IMG/VR virus record: IMGVR_UViG_3300030060_002637
Coordinates: 1 to 25,249 of that record
Strand: one strand, 5' to 3'
Length of the DNA stretch: 25,249 nt
Source: a virus
Taxonomy: Duplodnaviria; Caudoviricetes
The position numbers and the translations under genes are program-made. A model generated the notes under the pieces. The model was given only the letters and a program-made list of their open reading frames with translations. It had not been told where the DNA came from and searched no databases. This document shows, in pieces, positions 1-7,352 of the stretch. Position 1 is the stretch's first letter. Each line of letters opens with the position of its first letter.

Positions 1-2039
1 GATCCAGGCGATGCTCTCTTAACAAGTTCAGCCATAGTTTTAAAAACTTTATCACCTGTTGAGTCTGTTGGATTCCATAATCTTACCCCATCTCTTGTTT
101 GTCCTCCTCGTACCAAAACATCTCCATAAAATTGAGTTATAATACTTTCTGCAAGAAATGGCTGAAGAAGTTCTTTACTTGCTTCAAACGCTGCACTTTC
201 AATTGCTTGTAATGCTCCTTGTTCGTTAGCAAATCCATCATTAAATCCATTCATTGCTGCACGGAGTGGTCTTGTTAAATAATCGTATGCATTACTATGA
301 GAGTAATCAATGTAATAAATTTGATTTCCTTGTTTAATTGGTATTAATGTAGAGTTTTTTGACCACTCTGGTAAATATTCTCGTAGCGAATTTAATGTTT
401 CATTACTAACTCCTGTCATAAATTGAGCTGTTTCTTCTACTATTTTACCTGAACCAATACCAAATAATCCTACACCAAGAAGTCTTTGTCTTCCTATACT
501 TTTTAAATTTTCATCTCCCATCTCTTTAGCACCTCTTGTTATTGTATTTATTCCTGTTCTTAAAATTTCTGCAGGAAAAGATATGAAGTTTCCTAAAGGA
601 GCTTTACGAAGTTCTTTTACAAAAGGACTAACATAATCGTAGTTAGGTATGTTGTTTCTCACTATGTCAGCAGCTTCTTCTTTTATAAATTGATTATATT
701 GAGCCTCGTCAGTTAAATCTGTTAGTCCATACTTTTCTTTAGCTTCATCACCATACTGACGAGCAAAATTAGTAGGACTTGTTTTATACGCTTTATCAAA
801 GGCTGTTCTATATTTAGATTGTTCTGCAAAAAAATTTTGTATTTTGTAAAAATCATCTTCAGCAGAGTACAATGTTCTTGAACCCTCTCTTATTCTTTTT
901 AATCCTGTTTTTTCATTAAATCTTTTTAACACATTAAACATTGTCCCTTCCGAACTAATATTCTCTATGCCAGTTGTCATGTCATCTATTAAATTTTTTA
1001 AGTCACCTAATCTTGCACTTGTATTAACGATACCAAGACGTTGCATTTCCATATAATCTTTTAAGGCTTGTTTATATTCAGAGTCTGTCTTAAATAATTT
1101 TCTCCCTGCTTGTGTTTCTAATTCACCTTTAACAATAGATTTGGTTATTTTATAAGATTTAGCTGCTTCACTTATAAATCTTGATGGATTAAATAAATTA
1201 CCATTTATTCCTGAAAAGAATAGGGCACTAGTTACGTTTCTAAAGTGTGTAATGGGAGATAAAGTTGTTTTTGATTCTTGTATTATGGCTTTTGGTGCTA
1301 ATAAAAATCCATTATAAAAATTAGAAAGCATACCAGGTTTTTGACTTATGTTGGACAACCGTTCTATGTTTGCTGCTATTTCAGGTGTAGTGTATTTACC
1401 ATTTAAAGGGTTCCATAAATCAGTTTTTATTTGTGTGGTAAATTTTTGTCCTCCTTGACTTACGGTTGATTTGTTAAAAAAATATTTATCTAAACCATCA
1501 TCTGCTAATTTTTGATAATATTTAGAGGAAGATAAAAAATTATTTATTTTTGTTGATGTTTCTAATAATTGCACACTAGGATCTTTTATTTCTCCTAACA
1601 GTTCTCGTATTTCTTTTGGAACTTGTTGTCTCGATTTAAATACCGCATCATCAACAGCTTTTAATCTTACGAGCTCATTTCCTAAACCACTCATGTCACC
1701 AGCTTCTACGATAGCTTTGATTTCTGCATCCATCGCTTTTCCTTGAGCCGTGCTACCAGGAACAAATCTTCTATTTTTTCCCGTTCCAATAATAGTTCCT
1801 CCATAAGCAGAAGGATCTTTTTCAGCTAAAAATATTTTTGCTTTTTCAATTATTTCTCTTCCTTTGTCTGTATTATATAGTTTATCAAACCAATCTTTTT
1901 TTGTTTCTGAACCAAATGTTCTATAACTTCTCGTTAAATATTCTCCTACATTTGCAGCCACTGTTTTTACAAAAGAATCCGATGCAGCTATAGCCAAAGG
2001 ATTTTCTTTTAATTTACCACTTAAATTATCTACATTTTC
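1..2039 (-). CDS. Large internal virion (ejection) protein, C-terminal part; runs off the window edge; out of frame (+1) with 2026..3078
   Basis: Stop-free minus frame from 2075 to the window edge, reading ENVDNLSGKLKENPL...GEYLTRSYRTF...LSPITHFRNVTS...AEDDFYKI...AADIVRNNIPNYDYV...PLGNFISFPAEILRT...LPEWSKNSTLIPI. First in-frame ATG is only at 1733. Absent from the ORF track because it has no stop in the window. Confidence 0.85.
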
Positions 2040-3078
2040 CTCCAAGTGGTCTAACAAGTTTTTGAACTGCTTGTTCTAAAGATCTTACAATATAACTAGC
2101 CTCTGATAAGGAAGCTCTTTGTTCACCAATCATTTTTCTTTCTGCATTAAAACCCATTACTGTGTCATCTCCTCTTGGTCGAAGTTTGGCTAATATGTGT
2201 TTATCAAATGCACGAAGAATATTATTTTTATTAAATTGAAAACCTTGTTCTAATTTTAAACTTTCTGCAACTTTTCTACCTGTTGGAAGATTAGTCACTG
2301 GATCTAATTCATCTACCATTCTTACAATTTCATCAGCTGATCCAGTTGATCTAGTTAAAATACCTTTTAACGCAGGAACTGCTTTCGTGAAACTAAACTT
2401 TATTGCAGGCATCAAAGCTTTTTCAAATAAACCAAAACCAAGAGCTCCTTCTAATCCAAATTTAAATCTGTTCTCTAATTTTCGTATTGCGTCTCTTCTA
2501 CCAGACTCACCTTGATTTTCTCTTGTTTGAGTTATTCCAAAGCCCATTGCATCTCCAACCGTTTTTAAATCTTCAGTTGCTGCTGCTAATTCTGCTCCGC
2601 CAACTGCAGCCATTCTAGTTGTTGTTGGCATCATTTTGGCAGTTCTTCCTAACGTTCCTAGATTTTTAGCTTTTACTAATGCGTTAGCTCCTTTTAAAGC
2701 AATACCACCTGGCACACCTAGTTGAGTTAAAATTTCTGTTACCGATCCTGTCCATCTATCATCAGCTAAATCTTCCATGCCACTTAAAAAATCATTATCA
2801 TCAAAAGCTTTTTCAACTTTTTCTGTTAGTTGTGTATTTAAGCCTAAGTCAACTAGTGTAGTGCCGAGAGTCGTGAGTCCCTCCGTAGCTTTACCTAATC
2901 CTGAAATAACACCTGCTCCTGCAGATTTTATAAGACCTGTTCTCTCCAATCCTATTTTTTTGTAGAAATCGTTTTTATCTAAATCTGAGTAAAATTTACT
3001 ATATAATTTATCTGCTAATTCACTATCTGAAATATCATCGTATTGAGGATATTTTTTTCTAATTTCATTTATGTTCAT
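2026..3078 (-). CDS. Large internal virion (ejection) protein, N-terminal part (350 aa, ends at frame break)
   Basis: ATG overlaps upstream TAA; N-terminal EIRKKYPQYDDISDSELADKLYSKFY motif resembles podovirus ejection proteins; helical Ala/Gly-rich body; coding signal continues in another frame after about 2040. Confidence 0.85.
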   Translation of the reverse strand: MNINEIRKKYPQYDDISDSELADKLYSKFYSDLDKNDFYKKIGLERTGLIKSAGAGVISGLGKATEGLTTLGTTLVDLGLNTQLTEKVEKAFDDNDFLSGMEDLADDRWTGSVTEILTQLGVPGGIALKGANALVKAKNLGTLGRTAKMMPTTTRMAAVGGAELAAATEDLKTVGDAMGFGITQTRENQGESGRRDAIRKLENRFKFGLEGALGFGLFEKALMPAIKFSFTKAVPALKGILTRSTGSADEIVRMVDELDPVTNLPTGRKVAESLKLEQGFQFNKNNILRAFDKHILAKLRPRGDDTVMGFNAERKMIGEQRASLSEASYIVRSLEQAVQKLVRPLGGKCR

Positions 3079-4148
3079 TACCTAACACCAAGCGGATCAC
3101 TCGTTGTAGTTGTAGTTGTTTCACCCTCTTTGGAAGGAGGTGGTTCTTGACCTGAAATTTGACTCCACATTTGTTCAGCTAAGGATGTAGCTTCACCTGC
3201 AGTATAAGCTACACCAGTGTTAGGGTTTAAATTTTTTACCAAATTAGGAACTACACTTGCTAAAAATTCTTTTCTTGAAGTGGTTGCTCCTGTTTTTGCC
3301 ATGTTAATTAAATCTTCTTGAGGTATAGTTAGTTCGCCACTAGCATCTGTAAACATAGCTTGTAATGTAGATAAATTCTTTTGAAAAGTTGTGCCATCTG
3401 TATCACCCGCTCTATCTAATGCCGCCTGTTGTGCTTCAATACCAGATTCAACAGCAGCCATTTTAATTTTATCCGCTCTGTCTTTAGCTGCCATACCTAT
3501 TGCAGTAAAAGTTTTTAGAGGATCTTTTGCGGCACGAGCAATTTTGTCCATAAGATTACCCCCTTTAGCAGTGGCTAAATTTAAACCAAACTCTGTTAAC
3601 GCTGCAAAGCCTCCACTTTTTAATTGATCTTTACTATCACCTAAATATTTATCAAATAAATCCATTCTTTCTTTAATAAAGTCATCTAGTTTTCCTTTTT
3701 TAATATCATCATCTAATCCACTTGCACCTCCATCATCACGTGGTGGTTTTTTCTTAGGTGTTACTGGATCTGGAACTGTGTCTACTGGGCCACCTTTATT
3801 ATCTGCACCGCCTCCTTGATTTTTTTGATCTTCAACGCTTTGTTCGGCACTATCTGTTAAGGCGTCATAGGCAAAACCAGCTCCAGTTAGAGTGGCAGTC
3901 TGTCCAGCTATATTTTTAAAACTTGGATTTAATATTCCTGGTCTTGTTCTTCCCACAAAACCAAGTCCTTTTGACCCTTGTGTAAGTGGTCCCTGAACTG
4001 CTCTTGGTGTTCCAGCAAAATAACTTCTTATATTACTTGGCTTGACGACTCCCTTAGCACCTCTTCCAAGAGCCATAGCACCTCTAACAGCGTAGGGGGC
4101 AGCCCTTAAAGCTAAAGAGCCTAATCCAAAAACAATAGGTAAAACCAT
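3078..4148 (-). CDS. Putative internal virion (ejection) protein, 356 aa
   Basis: Coupled on both sides (TAATG); hydrophobic N-terminus, Gly/Ala-rich; lies in the ejection-protein cluster. Confidence 0.75.
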   Translation of the reverse strand: MVLPIVFGLGSLALRAAPYAVRGAMALGRGAKGVVKPSNIRSYFAGTPRAVQGPLTQGSKGLGFVGRTRPGILNPSFKNIAGQTATLTGAGFAYDALTDSAEQSVEDQKNQGGGADNKGGPVDTVPDPVTPKKKPPRDDGGASGLDDDIKKGKLDDFIKERMDLFDKYLGDSKDQLKSGGFAALTEFGLNLATAKGGNLMDKIARAAKDPLKTFTAIGMAAKDRADKIKMAAVESGIEAQQAALDRAGDTDGTTFQKNLSTLQAMFTDASGELTIPQEDLINMAKTGATTSRKEFLASVVPNLVKNLNPNTGVAYTAGEATSLAEQMWSQISGQEPPPSKEGETTTTTTSDPLGVR

Positions 4149-5140
4149 TAGTTAAAAATGTTTCCTATGCCACTGAATGCATCTTGCACACCACCAAAGC
4201 CTTGACCAAATTGACCAAGAGCTCCAAGTCCTGCAATACCAAGACCGAGTGCTTGAGCAAACGGATTAGTTGAAGGCTGTTGAGTGTAAGCAATTTGACC
4301 ACTCGGAACACCTCGTAGTATATCACTAGCAAATGTTAATCTTCTAAACGGTTCTTGTTGCGCTGCAAGTTGTTGCGCTCTATCTGCCTCTAGTCGAGCT
4401 TGTCCAAGTTGTTGTTGCATACCACCAATACCTAGTAGTGATTGAACATCTTGCATACCTAATTGAGAACCTAATGCACCAAGTCCAGCTTGTACTCTAC
4501 CCAAATTACCTAACTGTTGACCAGCCATCAATTGTCTTCTTTGTTGTGCTTCTTGTGCACCCATTGCAGCACGTTGTGCTTGTTGAAAATTTCTTGATAA
4601 GTCTTCAAATACTCTTCTTGATTTTATGTCTGATAAATTACGATCTAGTTCTGCTTCTTGTACACCAAATCTAGAACCACCAAATACTCCTGCTCTTGTT
4701 GCTTGTCCTGCCAATCTATTTCTAGCTTGTTGTCCCTGTCTATCTAATTCTGCTAAAGCTTGTTGCGTAACATTCTGTTGATATGGGTCCATGAAAGCTT
4801 GTGATGAAGATGGTTGAAACGCTTGTGTACCACCAAGTAAACCTGCAACGCCAAGATTGGATGTTGCCATACCTTGAGCTAAAGCTGGTGCATATGATCC
4901 TACATTCTGACTTGCTAAACCAAAAGCTCTTTGTTGTTCAGGTGTAAAACCTGCAAACTGAAATGCTGGTATAGCTTGTGATATTCCTGCTCTACCAAAC
5001 TTACGTAAATTAAAATCTTCTAAACTTTCACCATCTCTTCTTGTTGCGCTTGGATCTCCAAATACAGAGGCTAATAATTGTTCAGCTCTTTTCTCAATAT
5101 ATGGTGGCTGTCTTTGAATCTGTGTTACAGTATCAACCAT
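4148..5140 (-). CDS. Putative Gln/Ala/Gly-rich internal virion (DNA pilot/ejection) protein, 330 aa
   Basis: FMDPYQQNV...GVFGGSRFGVQEAEL motif, Gln-rich coiled coil, hydrophobic Gly-rich C-terminus; GGAGG RBS; TAATG coupling. Confidence 0.8.
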   Translation of the reverse strand: MVDTVTQIQRQPPYIEKRAEQLLASVFGDPSATRRDGESLEDFNLRKFGRAGISQAIPAFQFAGFTPEQQRAFGLASQNVGSYAPALAQGMATSNLGVAGLLGGTQAFQPSSSQAFMDPYQQNVTQQALAELDRQGQQARNRLAGQATRAGVFGGSRFGVQEAELDRNLSDIKSRRVFEDLSRNFQQAQRAAMGAQEAQQRRQLMAGQQLGNLGRVQAGLGALGSQLGMQDVQSLLGIGGMQQQLGQARLEADRAQQLAAQQEPFRRLTFASDILRGVPSGQIAYTQQPSTNPFAQALGLGIAGLGALGQFGQGFGGVQDAFSGIGNIFN

Positions 5141-5979
5141 TATGCTTTACCTCCGTAATTTTCTTGTAGACTATACAAGAATTTTGACCCTCTGTCTCTA
5201 GTATCTTGTTTACCTTTACCACCCATAGCTGCACCAAGACCTCTTACAGTTTTTGCATTAATGACAAACTCACCGTCACTTAACATTGCAGGTATGTCGT
5301 CACTAGTCTCTGTTCCTGGTCCTGCTATTTTACCATTCTTACGAGGAAAACCACCTCTTTGCAAATTAATAATACCACCATTCTTTCTACCCATCAAACT
5401 AGGACCATATTGTGAAAATGGGATTATACTTGATGGCATAATATCTGCTTGTCCTAGATTAGGGAACGGGTCCATGGTTCCAAAGACATCATCCATCATT
5501 GGATTTTTCTTTTCTTCTTTTCCAGCTCCTAATAAACCTGCACCACCTGCAATAATAGCAGCAGATGTTAATGGTTTTGCTTTTACAAAGGCCGCAGCTT
5601 TTGCAAGAGCATTAGCTCCAACAGCTTTTCCTGGTGCAGCAACTGATAATTTACCTGCAGTTCCTGGTATTAATCCAGAACTTACAGCGCCACCAGTTGT
5701 GCCTGTTCCTACTAAAGGTGCTGTTCTACCAAGTAGACCACCGAGCCCTGCGCCTGGTGTTAATCCTAAAAATTTACTGGCACCAAATCCTGCAGCTCCA
5801 CCTAATAAAGCATTACGCAAAGATTCTTGAGGGCTTCTACCACCTACAAGACTACCGAGCCCTGCGCCAAGACCCGTGCTTAAAGCTCCACCTAATGCTG
5901 GGCCACCATACAAAAACCCAAGTCCTGCACCGATTACTGGTGCAGCTTTTTTGGCAGCTTTAAATATTTTTTTTAACAT
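5140..5979 (-). CDS. Putative internal virion protein, 279 aa (start revised to ATG 5979)
   Basis: Amphipathic MLKKIFKAAKKAAP then a glycine-zipper hydrophobic stretch; C-terminal GPGTETSDDIPAMLSDGEFV motif. The track extension to 6081 crosses a promoter and the divergent gene. Confidence 0.8.
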   Translation of the reverse strand: MLKKIFKAAKKAAPVIGAGLGFLYGGPALGGALSTGLGAGLGSLVGGRSPQESLRNALLGGAAGFGASKFLGLTPGAGLGGLLGRTAPLVGTGTTGGAVSSGLIPGTAGKLSVAAPGKAVGANALAKAAAFVKAKPLTSAAIIAGGAGLLGAGKEEKKNPMMDDVFGTMDPFPNLGQADIMPSSIIPFSQYGPSLMGRKNGGIINLQRGGFPRKNGKIAGPGTETSDDIPAMLSDGEFVINAKTVRGLGAAMGGKGKQDTRDRGSKFLYSLQENYGGKA

Positions 5980-6016
5980 GTTTCTCGCATATGCAATAAG
6001 CTTATTTAATCGTATG

Positions 6017-6045
6017 ATTATAGGCAAATTTCTAGTATTGTGCAA
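6017..6045 (-). promoter_or_regulatory. Sigma70-type promoter for the internal-virion genes
   Basis: Minus strand TTGCAC (6045-6040), 17-bp spacer, perfect TATAAT (6022-6017), with 37 nt between it and ATG 5979. Confidence 0.75.
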
Positions 6046-6053
6046 TTGCAAAT

Positions 6054-6335
6054 ATGACCTTTGACATCCAGAAAGTTCCAATGGTTCGTGTCACGTGGTT
6101 AGACGCCCGTGACATGGAAACAGGGTGGTTGCCTATAAAAGATATAACTAATGCACCGTTGGCCGTGTGTCAAGAAGTAGGGTGGATGGTTGTAAATACA
6201 AAAGAAAAAATTGTAATTATGCGTTCTTGGTGTACAGACAAGGACGACAATCATGGTGGTGGTTCTATTGCAATACCACGTGGTTGGGTGACAAAGATAG
6301 AGTATTTGCACGTCGCTTATTCAGAGACAACGTAG
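6054..6335 (+). CDS. Small conserved-looking phage protein, 93 aa, possible Sm/LSm-like beta fold
   Basis: Pattern VxWxDA...GW...CxxVGW...IPxxWVxxI recalled from marine phage hypotheticals; fills the gap in the minus-strand operon; alternative start at 6081. Confidence 0.8.
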   Translation: MTFDIQKVPMVRVTWLDARDMETGWLPIKDITNAPLAVCQEVGWMVVNTKEKIVIMRSWCTDKDDNHGGGSIAIPRGWVTKIEYLHVAYSETT

Positions 6336-6342
6336 TTGTCAA
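6326..6342. repeat. Inverted repeat GACAAC-GTA-GTTGTC overlapping a minus-strand TTGACA
   Basis: 6-bp perfect stem (6326-6331/6335-6340) with 3-nt loop, spanning the TAG of 6054..6335; TTGACA on minus strand at 6342-6337. Confidence 0.55.
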
Positions 6343-6365
6343 GAAAACATTTTTAAAAAGTTCTG

Positions 6366-6393
6366 TTGAAGTTCAAAAAAATATGTTTACATT
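6366..6393 (+). promoter_or_regulatory. Possible sigma70-type promoter for 6430..6585
   Basis: TTGAAG (6366-6371), 16-bp spacer, TACATT (6388-6393) in an AT-rich intergenic gap. Confidence 0.4.
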
Positions 6394-6429
6394 AGGTTCT
6401 CACCAAAATTAACAATCACAGGAGCAAAT

Positions 6430-6585
6430 ATGGAAAATGAAGACATAAATAAAGCCATTGCCTACCTTGCAGATAAGGTGAGCAAATATCACGAACGACT
6501 ATTAGCAGCCGAAAGAGATTTAGAAAGGCATCTAAAAGATACAGATAAACATCGCTGTGAAAATTGTGAGTGTGAGAACCGTTAA
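6430..6585 (+). CDS. Small protein, 51 aa, helical with C-terminal HxCxxCxC (not in ORF track)
   Basis: AGGAG RBS at 6420-6424, ATG 6430; MENEDINKAIAYLADKVSKYHERLLAAERDLERHLKDTDKHRCENCECENR; its TAA overlaps the TAA of the convergent gene. Confidence 0.8.
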   Translation: MENEDINKAIAYLADKVSKYHERLLAAERDLERHLKDTDKHRCENCECENR

Positions 6586-6842
6586 AGTTCTCCGCCAGAT
6601 CCAAATACATCAGGCATTTTGACGACACGTATGGTTACATCCTTGGCTTTAGTTGAAGCCCAAGGATTACCACAGTCGTTACAATTACCTGTAGCTTGTT
6701 CTTCAGAATCAACCTCAGATTTACAATTACTACAATAAATTTTTTCCCACACTTCTGGTTTTAGTATTGGCACTTTGTTGCCATCAACTATTTCGTGTCC
6801 TACGACTTCAGCGTCTTGTACTTTTTTACCTATTTCTGACAT
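6582..6842 (-). CDS. Hypothetical protein with CxxC...CxxC putative zinc ribbon, 86 aa
   Basis: GGAG RBS, TAATAATG junction; CSNC and CNDC motifs. Confidence 0.8.
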   Translation of the reverse strand: MSEIGKKVQDAEVVGHEIVDGNKVPILKPEVWEKIYCSNCKSEVDSEEQATGNCNDCGNPWASTKAKDVTIRVVKMPDVFGSGGEL

Positions 6843-7192
6843 TATTTAATCTCCATTATACTAATTAATATTGTTACACCAGTACCTAAAATTTTTATGG
6901 CATCGGCTTCTTCTAACACAAAAGGCACACCATCAGATAAAACCTCTTTTTCTGATCCATCCGCTAAACTCTCTTTGAATAAAGGTATTTCAAGATCGGA
7001 ATTACTATTGTCAAAAGCAGATACTGTAGTCGTAACTGCGCCACCAGTTTGATTAGATAGACGTATACCTCTTATTATAGCTGTTGTTGGCTGAACAGGA
7101 GGTGTTGACGCTAAATTAGCTGTAGGCACTGTATACACAGCTGCTGCACTACCTGTCCCTGTAGCAGATCTACTTATAAAATTATCAGCCAA
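6842..7192 (-). CDS. Small beta-rich structural (tail-associated) protein, 116 aa, TTG start
   Basis: TTG at 7192 with AAGGA upstream, overlapping the end of 7185..7352; VYTVP...AIIRGIRLSN...LEEADAIKI...ISIMEI pattern recalled downstream of nozzle genes. Confidence 0.75.
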   Translation of the reverse strand: MADNFISRSATGTGSAAAVYTVPTANLASTPPVQPTTAIIRGIRLSNQTGGAVTTTVSAFDNSNSDLEIPLFKESLADGSEKEVLSDGVPFVLEEADAIKILGTGVTILISIMEIK

Positions 7193-7352
7193 GGAAAAAA
7201 GTCCTTCTTGTTGCTTCTTCTTTTAAATCTTCTTGAAAACCAAAGTTTAACTGTTGTGTTATTTGTTCAAGAATACGAATAAGTGTATCAAACTGTAAAG
7301 CTTCATACTCTTCTGTTGCTGTTGGTAATACTGTTGTATTTATTTTAGCCAT
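7185..7352 (-). CDS. Small helical structural protein, 55 aa (not in ORF track)
   Basis: ATG overlaps the nozzle TAA, GGAGG RBS; MAKINTTVLPTATEEYEALQFDTLIRILEQITQQLNFGFQEDLKEEATRRTFFLG; exactly fills the gap. Confidence 0.8.
   Translation of the reverse strand: MAKINTTVLPTATEEYEALQFDTLIRILEQITQQLNFGFQEDLKEEATRRTFFLG

Noticed and set aside
2030-2043. GGAGG-AAA-ATG-TAG start-stop element at the frame break
   Set aside because: The ATG is in the -1 frame, is followed at once by TAG and has only 3-nt spacing from the GGAGG; it cannot start the downstream ORF. A -1 frameshift is excluded by the same stop.
5980-6081. Track N-terminal extensions (to 6081, 10434, 11089, 12938, 23211)
   Set aside because: They overlap neighbouring genes or promoters; downstream ATGs have an RBS or TAATG coupling.
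6099-6628. Minus ORFs 6099..6311 and 6416..6628, plus ORF 6167..6412
   Set aside because: They overlap the better-supported plus-strand 93-aa and 51-aa genes and have implausible composition.
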